Part shown: one piece after another, positions 26,676 to 40,018 of the stretch
Numbering within the stretch: position 1 is the first letter of the stretch
Layout: each line of letters begins with the position of its first letter
Assembly: GCA_965235115.1 (NCBI GenBank)
Contig: OZ249436.1
Span: forward strand, 17,672,001-17,736,000
Direction of reading: 5' to 3'
Length of the DNA: 64,000 nucleotides
DNA from: Laetmonice hystrix
Taxonomy: Eukaryota
The notes under the pieces: model-generated
Databases searched by the model: none
Seen by the model: the letters and a program-made list of their open reading frames with translations, nothing else
Told to the model about the DNA's origin: nothing
Made by a program: the position numbers and the translations under genes

Positions 26676-28324
26676 CGAGTTTCTCCACTCAAAGTATAAC
26701 TTCTGTTGATTTAATGTTTGAGAAACTTTTTTGACCTTTGACCCGACATGTTAAAGGGGCGTGTCTCATTGGAAGAAGGAATAAGAGTATTGCGCATGAT
26801 CGGAACGATTTAATATGAAAACGGTTTACGACTATATGGATACCTTTCTGTATATTCCAGCAAACTGTTTCTTTAAGATGGCCGGATTTAGCCAAACTCT
26901 TCCCAATCCTTACCCCCGACCAGATATCCTGATCTGCCGTTGGTTAAAGTCCCTCTCCAATCAGTGTCACACTTTTAGATCAGCCTGTCCAAATCCATTT
27001 ATTCCAGGCTCGTGCTTCCAAAAAATCCCAGTAGGTGTCGCTAGCGTTACGTGGCTGTCCTGTCTCTGTTCTCGCCCAGACTCGGCTGTGAGAGATTACA
27101 TTGAGAATCGATATCGCATGGCCCGGTCCCTTTGTAATGAAAGAATCTTCACACATGGTTACTATCTGCAATGATCCTACAGGTACTTCAAGACCGGATG
27201 TGACTGCGCACTTCTAAGGAGACCACACGGCCTGATCTAATGATGCAGTCAGTTTCAGTCTTGTATCCTCTCTGGATCTCGTTTAATTATTTCTCACTTT
27301 GATGGGTTCGATTTTTCAGAGTCGTTTACATGAGAGACTGGTTGAAAGATCAAACTGAGTCGGTCAAATCTGACACAAAGGGACGTCAGACACCTTTCTT
27401 TAAAACAATGCCCGTCTCCAGTCATCGGTGGCCGGAACCGGAGTTGATTAACGTGAATTCATGGAAGGACAATCTAGGCAACACGTTTCTTTACCCCTTT
27501 CCCCCTCAACTTTCTATCATTTCTGTGAATCACCATCTCCTGATGCAGAGGTGTCGGTATATATATTCAGAGTTTGAGGCCGGGGTAACTCTAGGCCTGT
27601 TATCCCCAGGAGGCAGGCTGAAAGACATTGTCAGTTTCAGGGCCACCCAAAAAAATGGACCAGGGGCATCCTTCTTGCCGAGGTAACTCGGTCGCCCATC
27701 TGGGCTAGGTTACCTCGGGCTAAGCGCGTTCACATACAACTCACCACGGCTGCCCCGTCGTAAGGCGTAACCTGGTCATAATTGACTCATACCTATAACA
27801 TCCCCATGGTACTCACATCACTGGCAGTGAAATTTGATGAATCCCGTGCCATATATAGAATGTATATGTACATCAGGGCCTGCAGAAGTGTGGGGGAGGG
27901 GGGGGGGGGTACATGACCCCAGGCTGAACTCACGGTGAGAACCACTGCCACAGATGAGCAGCTTGTTTTGCATTTTAGATTTTAGACTCTGGGATCTGCC
28001 ATTTTGTACAATGCCGGTCGAATGTAACAATACAGTGTGACATGATTGAAATATCTCGGCCGTGTCACGACATGAAGAAATAACATTCCAACATTCTCGG
28101 ACCTGATGATGATTAACATATTAACCTCTATATGTACCCTGAGGATATGTCACCATAGACTATTGACTATTGAGAAAGACTATTGGCTTTTGATTTCATT
28201 GGGACAATCACATTGCTTTTATCTTAGCAAAGTAAATAAAGGGCGTGCAAGAAACACCATTTCGGTGGTCCCCGAAGACGAGGAGCTATATAAGCAATAA
28301 GCACGCTGTAGTAATGTAGGGAAC

Positions 28325-29241
28325 TACTGTGGCCGAGAAGTGCACCACGGCTCGGCGTACTGTAAAACCTCGGCTCGGCTAACCCCAAACTACCAAACCT
28401 CGGCTCGGCCAACTCCAAACCTCGGCTCGGCTGACCCCAAACCTCGGCTCGGCTAGACATAGGTAAACCTCGGCTCGGCTACCAGTACCAGATTAGTCCA
28501 CTAGAGGGCTACCAGGTATCCACCACCCATACTTACCAGGTGGCGTCAGTTATTTCCTTTTAAATCATTCTTAATAGAATTTACTGCAGTTCTACCTTTA
28601 GGGCAAAAATGTGTCAGAGAATAGGCCTACAAGTAGAGAAAATTGATTCTTACAATTTTGTCAGACCATGGCATACAGCTAGATTGATACTGATAAAACT
28701 GTGTAGTTGGAGGGAAGGCTGACTCTCTTTCTCGCCCCAGTTATCGCTCAATATTCGATTCAGGGTGCACAACAATGAGTGGTCCACTCACTGTGCTTTC
28801 CGCCAGTAAATTTACTTAACCCAAGAAAAAGAGTAGACCTGTCGAATTTAGAAGCACGGTTCATCCTGACCCTAGATTCTACTGAGAAACTCCAAGTCAT
28901 TTAAGATAATTGCTCATAGACAGAGACTTTTTTTTAACGTGCATGCTTTCTCGACATCCCGAGGCGGCGTTTTAGTTTGACAAGATCCGACAGATGTCAC
29001 TAGTGAGCTACCGAGTTGGGGTTAGCCGTGCCGGGGTTTGGGGTTAGCCGTGCCGAGGATTGGGTTTAGCCGTGCCGAGGTTTGGGGTTAGCCGTGCCGA
29101 GGTTTGAGGTTAGCCGTGCCGAGGTTTGGGGTTAGCCGTGCCGAGGTTTAGTAGATTTTGCTAGCCGAGCCGAGGTTTAGGGTTAGCCGAGACGAGGTTT
29201 ACTGTTATAGCCGAGCCGTAGTGCACTTCTCGGCCACCGTA
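28325..29241. mobile_element. Non-autonomous foldback-like DNA transposon, 917 bp, with subterminal tandem repeats
   Basis: 32-bp TIR TAC(T/G)GTGGCCGAGAAGTGCAC(C/T)ACGGCTCGGC with 2 mismatches. Inverted arrays of ~21-bp AAACCTCGGC(T/A)CGGCTAACCCC at 28365-28483 and 29012-29200. AGGGAAC is duplicated at 28318-28324 and 29242-29248. Confidence 0.88.
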
Positions 29242-29755
29242 AGGGAACTGCGAGGCTCCGGTCCGGTCCCCACGTTAGGTCGTAGTCTGGAAACAGGCGC
29301 TGAAAACCTGACAGTACAAAGAGGTCGGTTGGCGTGTCCGCTTGGAGAGGTGAGGGTCCAATTCGACGATAAGTGTGACACAACTCTTCTAAAGGGATGT
29401 AGCAGTACAAGCCGTTCCCCGTCAGTGGGCTCAATCTGCGGCAAAGTTCCAAACCAGTTGTCTCTCAATGGCAAGGACCATCGCCTGATTGGATCCCGCC
29501 ACGGATGACACCCGATCACATCGTTTCTGATTCCATCATGTAAAGTACATATTCTATGACCACAACCTTAAACAGCGTTTAGTCTGTTCGGGACATAATC
29601 ATTTTTGACGATTTGGACCTGATGTAGGGACAGAGGGAGTTGGGAGTAAGTGAGCAGTTCTATAGAGATTATGAAAAAAAATGCCCTTTTTACGAGCAAG
29701 TGCCCTTTAAATTGGGAAAAATAACGACACGTGCCCCTGGTGGTCTACACTTCCA

Positions 29756-29923
29756 TTGTCCTGTTCCATCTGCTCGCCCCTTCCACCAGTCCCGATACCG
29801 TTGTCCTGTTCCATCTGCTCGCCCCTTCCACCAGTCCCGATACCGTTGTCCTGTTCCATCTGCTCGCCCCTTCCACCAGTCCCTACACTGTTGTCCTGTT
29901 CCATCTGTTCGCCCCTTTCACCC
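29756..29923. repeat. 45-bp unit, ~3.7 copies
   Basis: TTGTCCTGTTCCATCTGCTCGCCCCTTCCACCAGTCCCGATACCG. Confidence 0.93.
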
Positions 29924-31489
29924 CTATTGTCCACCCTCCCCAGCTGCACGACCCAATGTTCGGTCGTACTTGTTTCTGAGATGACCTGCACAGATAATGA
30001 AAACACCAGAACATGCCTTTGCGAAGATAAGAATCGTCACTGAACTGGTCACTGTTTTCGTTGACGGAAAAATCTTTTTTTTGCCTTGGTATTTTTTTGG
30101 GTGTGCTTTGTCTTTGTGAATGTAGCGAGGCTGACATTAACTGCCATTTCCCATCCGTTACAAAAAGTAGCCAAGGTCATTCCCACGCCTTTTTACAAGT
30201 GTTGTGGGAGACTTGTTTTTATGCAATCTGAATTAAGGAGTTGCAATCTCACATAGCGAGACCTCAGACGGTATTTTTCACGAGGAAAAGTTCCATGTGT
30301 TCAGTAATGGACTGATTTCGATCTGAACTTTGCCGAATTCTTTATGAGCATTCTTCCTGCTCTTTGGTAACAGGTCATTATTCACTCCGGTTTAAAATGA
30401 CGGGATATTAAAGGCCAACATGATTTACACGTTCCTGGACGATCTCCCTTGGACAATTGATGGTGGAGACGGTGGCAGAAACCTGGGCCTGTTTCATTTC
30501 TAAGATGTTTAATGAGTTAAATTTTTAATTAAAAGGAAGTTCTGTCACTTCGCCATAGTTTTAACAGACCAGTTATAGGTATTCACCTCATGACGTCACC
30601 GTTGTGACGTCATATAGTAAGGCGATTTCGTCACAGTTGGGTACCAAAGACGTCACTAGTGGGTGGGTGACGTTGGAATCTGGGGGATTCGCTAAATTAC
30701 CATCTGAATCTCAAATGCAAACATTAGATTATGTAGGGTCGTATGGTAAAATAAAAGGGCAGACCGGAGTTCCAAGGTCTTGACAGTCAGAGCATATTTG
30801 TATCAATTCAAAAGGGCACCTGCTGGTCAGAAATAACTCATTTTGGCCCTGTTTAGAACTACCCATCCGGACTGCGGTCCCAGCAAGTGGGTCGATTCGT
30901 CTATACAGAATGGTTGGCATGTTGTCTGTGGTCGATCCTCCCAGCTCAGCGTGTGTGGGTTGGCGGCCCAGACCACCTGTCATTGGGGTGAAACATCCAG
31001 ATTGCATCTCAACTCCAGGAGACCCGTAGATGAGAACATCAGGCAGACAGCGGGCCATTACACTCGCGCCCCGTCTAAAACTCGGACAGCAGTCTACCGC
31101 GGACATCTGCTTCCCGCAGACAGCTGTCCTGATAAGCAGATGGCAGCGTCTAGGGATGGAACTCAGGCCAACGGACGGCGTACATATTACATACTCACCT
31201 CTGTCGCTCTGTCTCTCTCGTCTTCTCTGCCTGCCTGTCTGTCTGTTGGCATGTCTATCTCGTTGTCTGTCTGCCTATCTGTTTATCCCCATGATTTAGT
31301 CTGTTCCAGAATCCTTCCAATCCCCCAAACCCTAACCCTAACCCTCTGTTTCTCATCATCTACCCATGACTGCCTGTCTATATCAATGATCTCATTCTAT
31401 GTGTCGTACCTTTGTCACTTTACATCCGTCTCTCGTACATCCCCGGCTGTGTCAGGGATAAATGAGCAAAGCATGTTGACCCTCCTGGA

Positions 31490-31683
31490 GTAACCGTCCT
31501 GTTGTAGTAATTGTCCTGTTGTGGTGACCGTCCTGTAGTTACCGTCCTGCTGTAATGACCGTCCTGCTGTAGTGACCGTCCTGCTGTAGTGACCGTCCTC
31601 CTGTATTGACCGTCCTCCTGTATTGACCGTCCTGTGACCCGCCTGTTGTGACCGTCCTGCTGTGACCCGCCTCTTGTGACCGT
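31490..31683. repeat. Degenerate ~17-bp repeat
   Basis: TGACCGTCCTGCTGTAG. Confidence 0.85.
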
Positions 31684-32103
31684 TTGGTTCAAGTTCCTCT
31701 GAAGTATACATCCACATCCCGGGCACCTGTTCCGCCTTGGCATGAAGGCATCCAAGACGAAACATTGATAAAGCTGTTCATAATCAGAGACTGTGAAACT
31801 TTTCACGATCAATACATTCGTGTAATATTCGTGTACAACAAGGCATTAATCTTAGTCCTCTTTACAATCATGGCTTCGTTTTCTCATTTCTCTGCTCCCA
31901 AACGGCTCGGAACGATTGTAAAACCTTCAGCTTTTGAAATAAATATGAAGGAATCCTTACAGCATTCTTCACATATTATTAGCCATTGCCATCGTTTCCC
32001 GGGAGAAATGAAAAAAAGTCCACGTGTTGTCGGCTGGCTTCCCGGTCTTTCCGTTCGGAGCCTCGTAATGGGAAGTTTGATGACTTTTCGTTTGAAGGCT
32101 GAG

Positions 32104-32450
32104 GCATGGTGACTTGTTGCTTGGAGCGTGAGGTATAGTGACTTGTCTTTTGGAGTGGGAGGTATAAGGTATGGTGACTTGTCGTTTGGAGTGGGAGGTA
32201 TGGCGACTTGTCGTTTGGGGTGCGAGGTATGGTGACTTGTCGTTTGGAGTGTGAGGTATGGTGCCTTGTCGTTTGGAGTGTTAGATATGATGACTTGTCG
32301 TTTGGAGTGTGAGGGTTGATGAATTGTCGTTTGGAGTGTGGGTGTGAGGTATGGTGACTTGTCGTTTGGAGTGTGGGTGTGAGGTATGGTGACTTATCGT
32401 TTGGATGTGAGGTATGGTGACTTGTCGTTTGGTGTGAGGTGTGAGGTATG
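32104..32450. repeat. Degenerate ~29-bp repeat, ~11 copies
   Basis: GAGGTATGGTGACTTGTCGTTTGGAGTGT. Confidence 0.92.
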
Positions 32451-33431
32451 GAGACGAACACCAATATAATCGGCCTTCCTTCCTGATGCCGTTACAAGGA
32501 AATTCTAAAAGAAAAAACATATCATTAATGTGAAGTCCTCCACAACATTTCCTTACCATGGCTTCCTGACAGACCTTACACACGTGTAATCCTAACTTAC
32601 ACAGCGGGAGGAGAGAAAAACTAGCCCTTTTCGTTGATTTTAGATGTTCACAATAGCTCCCCAGAAGTGTTGACGACTCTTACCGCCACTTTTCCCTGTA
32701 ATCATGGATCACACAGGTAAAAAAGTTCTTACCTGAGGAGTTTCTCAGGTATCGATATCTCTGTATACTCTACAGAAGCATGCAAAACTATGTGGCATGA
32801 AATATCGGCGAGGTAATGCATCTATTGCATGGCAGCTGTAAATCATCTTAGAGCAATTAGCATGTAGAGTTTCGAGTAAAAACTGATTAAATAAAAAGCG
32901 GAAAGACAAGACCTTTACAGTTGTCATTATGGTTCGCATGCTGACACCATGGGATTGTTTGTCAGGAAACATCACGTGGTCTTCTTAAGCTCTGTTTATT
33001 CCATTCGACCGGACGATATCGGAGTTCTGCATGCTCAGATCGTATAACCGGACAGTGGGCGGAATATTTCACAATGTTGTCATGCCAGAGTATAGGACGT
33101 ACAGCGGAACATCCATCACTCCGGAGATAAATGGGAATGAAAAGTACTTCCAAGGCACAATATCAGCCATACGCATGGTGTCAAATATATCAGCACAATA
33201 TCAGTCATGGTGTCAAATATATATATCAGCACAATATCAGCCATGGTGTCAAATGTATCAATGTCTGCTGGGCTGTAAGCACCAAGGATTCTGTTGATCA
33301 AAAATATGATCGATTGAACGCGTGGCAGATTGATTTAGAATTCTGTTTGGAATGGTGAACACGAACTTCGTAATATAATTCTAACTTAATAGATGCATAG
33401 AGCTATTGTTAACCTACTTTAACATTAGTAA

Positions 33432-34153
33432 CTAGCAAAAACCCGTGCGCCGCACGGGACCGAAGGGGGCTAAAAGGGGTCGACCATGAAGTACATACAC
33501 ACAAAATCATGGATGAATGAGCCCCTGTCCCAGTCCCTTGCGTAGGATCTTAATGGACGGTCCCTAACTGAGGCTAAGCGGTATGGTGAGAGCTGCTCCA
33601 CTCGATTATCGCGGTCTCGAGAGAAATAATACACAACTTTCCCCTCGGAGAGGGTCAGAGTCTCTCGGACTACAGTACAGATCAACGGAGTCACCAAGTG
33701 GGCGGCCGGGTGCGGGGGTCGAGTCCGTGGCACAGGGGTCAGTTGTTGGCTAGGAGACCTGCCCCCTGCTGCTGCCCTCTACCGCCGCACCAAAGATGGT
33801 GCGGTTAGACTGCCACCAGAGGGCGCGGGTCTCCAGCCAAGGTCAGTTGTCGTAGCCGATCAACAACAACAATGGCGGACAGTTCGGGCGGTTGTAGTGA
33901 AACATGTGCCAAAAATGCCTCACAGCGCCAAGGAAACAAACATTAATACACATCAAAACAAACAGGGGAATACCTCTCCCCCTTGCGAACAACCTTTCTT
34001 GTAATAGCTGAATTGGTTCCAGAAGCATTTCCGAAGCCCCACTGCAGAAATAATCCCCTTTAGGGCCTCCCCAGTTCCTCTCTAGCCCCTCCCTACTCCC
34101 CAGTCCTTCCCTAGTACCTCCTTAGTTCTGCCCTGGTCCCTCCTTAAGAGAGA
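33432..34153 (-). mobile_element. Candidate non-autonomous Helitron
   Basis: The minus strand ends CCCGTGCggcGCACGGG-ttttg-CTAG|T (hairpin 33442-33458, CTAG 33432-33435). A candidate 5' end A|TCTCTCTTAAG lies at 34153, with an alternative TCTATAATATTA at 34242. The 3' end is well supported and the 5' end is tentative. Confidence 0.55.
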
Positions 34154-34630
34154 TGGAGAGCTAAAGATACTGAGGGAGAGAGGGACAGAGAGATAGAGGC
34201 AGATATAGAGACAAATAAAGATAAATATAATAATATTATAGAGGCACAGAGACAGCGACAGAGACAGGGGAGACACAGATAGACGTAGAGAGAGCCCGAC
34301 AGAGACCGGGAGAGACAGAGACATAGAGATAGGGGGAACCGCAATAGGCCTGCTTTGTCCCCGAGACAAGCATGAATATCTAATGTGACTCCGGTGTTTT
34401 AGATTCAATTAGCAATTGTTTGATTGCGATTTTTTCACCCATCATTACCAGGGAATAAACAGCAAGGCAGCTAACAGGCTCATTAGGGCTTTCTTGACAT
34501 TTAACTGCATGACTGAGGGAGTCATAGTCGAGTTATGTCTGACCAGACTACCTTCATAACATCCGGAACTGGCGGTGTTTGGGACGGGTTTCTTTGGCAG
34601 GGTTTTCAATCAGACCTTGGTGTACAGCGA

Positions 34631-35599
34631 TCCAGTCCACAGTTAGTGAGCCACCCAGCCCACACTCAGTGCTTCACCCAGTCCACAGTCAGTGGGTCAC
34701 CCAGTCCACAGTCCACAGTCGATGAGCCACCCAGTCCACAGTCAATGAGCCACTCAGTCCACAGTCAATGGGCCACCCAGTCCACAGTCAATGAGCCACT
34801 CAGTCCACAGTCAGTGAGCCACCCAGTCCACAGTCAATGAGCCACTCAGTCCACAGTCAGTGAGCCACCCAGTCCACAGTCAGTGAGCCACCCAGTCCAC
34901 AGTCAATGAGCCACTCAGTCCACAGTCAATGAGCCACTCAGTCCACAGTCAGTGAGCCACCCAGTCCACAGTCAATGAGCCACCCAGTCCACAGTCAGTG
35001 AGCCACTCAGTCCACAGTCAATGGGCCACCCAGTCCACAGTCAGTGAGCCACCCAGTCCACAGTCAGTGAGCCACTCAGTCCACAGTCAATGAACCACCC
35101 AGTCCACAGTCAGTGAGCCACCCAGTCCACAGTCAATGAGCCACTCAGTCCACAGTCAGTGAGCCACCCAGTCCACAGTCAGTGAGTGACCCAGTCCACA
35201 GTCAGTGAGCCACTCAGTCCACAGTCAATGGGCCACCCAGTCCACAGTCAGTGAGCCACCCAGTCCACAGTCAGTGAGCCACTCAGTCCACAGTCAATGG
35301 GCCACCCAGTCCACAGTCAGTGAGCCACCCAGTCCACAGTCAGTGAGCCACTCAGTCCACAGTCAATGAACCACCCAGTCCACAGTCAGTGAGCCACCCA
35401 GTCCACAGTCAATGAGCCACTCAGTCCACAGTCAGTGAGCCACCCAGTCCACAGTCAGTGAGTGACCCAGTCCACAGTCAGTGAGCCACCCAGTCCACAG
35501 TCAGTGAGCCACCCAGTCCACAGTCAGTGAGTGACCCAGTCCACAGTCAGTGAGCCACTCAGTCCACAGTCAATGGGCCACCCAGTCCACAGTCAGTGA
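34631..35599. repeat. Minisatellite, 23-bp unit, ~40 copies
   Basis: AGTGAGCCACCCAGTCCACAGTC. Confidence 0.97.
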
Positions 35600-36173
35600 A
35601 CCGTACACGAGTGACATCAATCATGAGGGTTTTCATCATCACGAATGTTTCACCTCAGTCCTAACTCGGTGACACTTAGTAATCTTGTTTTGTTTAATAT
35701 TAAATTTATAGATAACGTTACGAATCAATCATAACTTGGTATCACATTTAAACATGTTAAATGTTTATCGGCCATCTCCACCTGTGAAGTATCAGGCAGT
35801 CAAGAGTTTCGTTGAATGAAGGATCAGTGAACATACACATATCACAGAAGTCACCTGAAGGTCATATCGGTCACACGGTGTGGTGACGGTAGAAGTCGCC
35901 CCCCTAGTGTCAATCGACCAGCTGATCCCTTTCTAGAGACAGAGGGATTCTGGGAAACCTTCCCTTGTGTTTAATTGCCCTGGGTGACCTTTGACCTCGA
36001 CCTTTGACCTCGACCTTCGTTTAGCGGGTATTGAGGGTTTGTTTGATCGAAAAGCTGATTTGATATCCAGACGTTTTATGGTACCTAGCACAGAGCTTAG
36101 ATTTACAAAAGACTGACCTTTGTATTGACTGAAGTTCAACCTTGTTCTAATGACAACAGCACTGTAAACTCAA

Positions 36174-36440
36174 CAGCAGATGCTACCAACTGCCCCAGTA
36201 TATGTTACCAACTGCCCCAGGAGATGCTATGAACTGCCCCAGTATATATGTTACCAACTGCCCCAGCAGATGCTACCAACTGCCCCAGTATATGTTACCA
36301 ACTGCCCCAGTATATGTTACCAACTGCCCCAGCAGATGCTACCAACTGCCCCAGTATATGTTACCAACTGCCCCAGCAGATGCTACCAACTGCCCCAGTG
36401 TATGTTACCAACTGCCCCAGCAGATGCTACCAACTACCCC
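36174..36440. repeat. 22-bp unit with two alternating variants, ~12 copies
   Basis: CAGATGCTACCAACTGCCCCAG / TATATGTTACCAACTGCCCCAG. Confidence 0.95.
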
Positions 36441-37159
36441 AACGAATGACCCCACAGGTGCCCTCGCCTGTCCAGCCTGGTCTCCGCGACTCGAGCTATA
36501 GTTAGTCAGCTCCATCCTGGGACCCAACTATAGGACTCAGACGTCCTCACAGACATAAACTCCTTTCTCCCCGCCTCTCCTACACACACCTTCTCATGAC
36601 CGCCCCAGGCCGCGCCCCAGTGGTACAGCGTTAGCCGACTCCCTCTGTTAACTCATAGCCTATAACTCCTCCCGGTGACAAATTGGCCGCCAGTCTAAAT
36701 CAGTTTTTACTTCCTCCAGAAGATCATCTCTGCGTGAAATCCATAGGTGTACGACGTAACTGGTTGTGCCGCACCTGGTCATTAAGTTAGGAGCGGAGAT
36801 AGAGCCATACCATGGAAGATTGTGGGGCGTGTTCAACTCGGATGTTTTAGTTGTTTAATCCTTTTAACACCCTTTATTCCTTATAATGTTCCGTATAGCC
36901 CGGTTATTTCTGACACCCCTTGCCACCCTTTGCCGGAAGTAGGCCTACGTTCAATCCTCAGCGCCCTTTGATTGGTTCGCAGCGAGCTCCTGGATAGAAC
37001 TATGTTTTGAGCGCGTTGTTTTTTGTACCATAGGGTGATGTGTCAGTTCTGTGCGCCGAGTGAATCCCCGTAAAATAGCAGCGCGTGGCGGGGCGCCATC
37101 TGCCGGCTCGCTACACCTGGTCAGAGCCTCACTCTCACAGGACGGTCGCCTGGGTTATA

Positions 37160-37591
37160 CCACAGATTAGCATACACAAACGGATTGGAAACGATATAGG
37201 CGATTTGAAACTTCCGGTTTTCGCCCGTGACCACTAGTGACATCTGGCGACGGATGAGATAAACTACAATGCGCCTATGGCAAGTTATGCATGAGCCCGG
37301 CTGGGAACGTCCTCAGTCCCATTTTGGACATAGGTCGGTAGTCTAGCGGGAAAATATGGCTACCCTGGGCATCCGAGTACCGTATTTTTTTACACTTGCC
37401 ACCAAATGCAAGTCATTTGTCAGATATTTTGTCCTAAACCTGTCACGCCATGCTTTTCCTATGGAGGACGTTTAGTTTATCTCCTCCGACGCATGGTGTC
37501 GCCACTGACAAATCACTGAATTGTGACGCCATCTTTGTTTTACGTCATTACTATGGCCGTTTCCAATCTGTTTGTGTATGGTAATCTGTGG
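37160..37591. mobile_element. 432-bp palindromic MITE
   Basis: 34-bp TIR CCACAGATTAGCATACACAAACGGATTGGAAACG with 2 mismatches. Inner inverted match (GCGACGGATGAGATAAACTA near 37247 versus its complement near 37473). TTATA directly repeated at 37155-37159 and 37592-37596. Confidence 0.82.
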
Positions 37592-38879
37592 TTATACTTG
37601 GGATATATCCACCAGGGGTCGTGCTGGTCGCTGTACGTCCTGGACAAGAACGCCATCTTGTTATGCACGTTCTGGTCCTCAGAAACATTGTCAGTCGGTG
37701 ACTTAATGGGAGCTCTGTGGTCATGACAGGAAAAATTCGCATTCTTTCTTCTTCTGCCATATATTATATCTATACTTGTTTGAATTGTCACTCGCTTCAC
37801 GGTGTGTTGTGCTCCCCGCCTCGTCCTGACTCGGGTGCAGATGTTGTGTTGTGTTTTAGTTTCTCGTTTAGCGGGACATTTTAAAGAGAACCGCACTCCG
37901 GTTCATCTTTATCTATGTCTCACCACCAATCGAACCAATAGTTCCGATACAGTGAAGTCGGCCAGGCCGCCGCTCAGAATGTCCGTATTTACTGGTGTTA
38001 TTGCACGTGACTTACCGTCTATAACGCCCTCTACTGGGATTTTGAGACCCTACAGGACGATCGGAACGACATAGCAGGGTAAAATATCCCTCGTCGGTCG
38101 TTAGGCAATATTTCATGTCCCTGCATAATAATGTTCCACTGACTGGACGATGTAGAGTAGAAGCATGAGAAAAATTCAGGTAAAAATATTTTATTGATCC
38201 TGCATTTGTATTCATTGCTCACACAAAGAGATCTGGATATCTACTCATATATTTTCTATTCATATTAAAGGTCTATCTTATGCAAAATAGTGCTTTCGAA
38301 GCTCATGGACAGTCTGTTCCGTAAAAAATGATTATATAAGTCTTTTTATTTTACCCGTGATTCCATGTCGGAATTTAAAAAAAAGTTTCAACAAAACCCG
38401 CGGCTCCCCTGCAGGGATGCGGCGATATACAACAAACTCGGAATATGATAAATAGGTGTTTTTCACAGTTGCTGACTAATTTGATGGATATCCTAATGGT
38501 TATACGGTCGTGTGACACGTCCCGACGTTCTAACCTACTGTCATTTATAAAGTTCATATAATGTGACGCCACGTCATGAGTACGTTCCGTCTAGAGACGC
38601 CGCTTACAGCGTCCATGAATCATGACACCTGCGCGCGCATATCGCAGACCGGAAGGAATGCGGTGCATGCTGGGTGAATGAGCTGCTCACGCCACCGTGG
38701 AACCCATCAGTCGCCAACCCCGATACAAACACCGGTATACACGACTGTTTAATCTCGCTCCGAGGGGGGCGTTATTTATTGTGACTGGACGGCCCTTCCT
38801 TTCATGGTAACCAGTCAATAATCCTAGTCTCAAACTTAACCACTAACTACTAACCTCGGCCCCAGACATCTAAAAATAA

Positions 38880-39148
38880 CTTCATCCCTACCCTTAGCCC
38901 TGCCAGTAATAACACTAACCCCTGAAGAACCTCATCCCTACCCCTAGCCCTGCCAGTAATAACACTAACCCCTAAAAACCTCATCCCTACCCCTAGCCCT
39001 ACCAGTAATAACACTAACCCCTGAAAAAACCTCATCCCTACCCTTAGCCCTGCCAGTAATAACACTAACCCCTGAAAAAACTTCATCCCTACCCCTAGCC
39101 CTGCCAGTAATAACACTAACCCCTAAAAAACCTCATCCCTAGCCCTGC
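38880..39148. repeat. ~51-bp unit x5
   Basis: CCTCATCCCTACCCCTAGCCCTGCCAGTAATAACACTAACCCCTGAAAAA. Confidence 0.94.
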
Positions 39149-39202
39149 CGACAGGTGGATTCCTATCGTCCTGAATGTTGTGTTTTTTTATGACGTAGGT
39201 CT

Positions 39203-39799
39203 GTCAGCCAATGAGAGCCAGTTTATGGAGGTCAGTCAGCCAATGAGAGCCAGTTTATGGAGGCCAGTCAGCCAATGAGAGCCAGTTTACGGAGGTCAGT
39301 CAGCCAATGGGAGCCAGTTTACGGAGGTCAGTCAGCCAATGGGAGCCAGTTTACGGAGGTCAGTCAGCCAATGAGAGCCAGTTTTCGGAGGTCAGTCAGC
39401 CAATGAGAGCCAGTTTACGGAGGTCAGTCAGCCAATGAGAGCCAGTTTACGGAGGTCAGTCAGCCAATGGGAGCCAGTTTACGGAGGTCAGTCAGCCAAT
39501 GGGAGCCAGTTTACGGAGGTCAGTCAGCCAATGACAGCCAGTTTACGGAGGTCAATCAGCCAATGAGAGCCAGTTTACGGAGGTCAGTCAGCCAATGAGA
39601 GCCAGTTTACGGAGGTCAGTCAGCCAATGAGAGCCAGTTTACGGAGGTCAGTCAGCCAATGGGAGCCAGTTTACGGTGGTCAGTCACCCAATGAGAGCCA
39701 GTTTACGGAGGTCAGTCAGCCAATGAGAGCCAGTTTACAGAGGTCAGTCAGCCAATGGGAGCCAGTTTGGAGGTCAGTCAGCCAATGAGAGCCACTTAC
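39203..39799. repeat. Minisatellite, 32-bp unit, ~18-19 copies
   Basis: GTCAGCCAATGAGAGCCAGTTTACGGAGGTCA. Confidence 0.97.
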
Positions 39800-40015
39800 A
39801 GCTAACATAGTACCGAACCACGTTGTATGGCATGGGCGGATCTAGCCACTGTATGGTACGCTCCGGTCGAAAAAGTGGCTCGGCTAAATCACATAACCAC
39901 AGTACATGGATATTATAATGGTGGCGAAATATGGTTCAGTTGGACCCAACATAAGATAACAAAAGGTCTCTAAACTCGGTTTCTTTTTGCGGATTTTACC
40001 ATTTTTCACATTATT

Positions 40016-40018
<3 letters not shown>

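Noticed and set aside
18295..31345. TAACCC-like runs at ~18300 and ~31330 as interstitial telomeres
   Set aside because: Only 2-4 imperfect copies. Such runs are common in invertebrate repeats.
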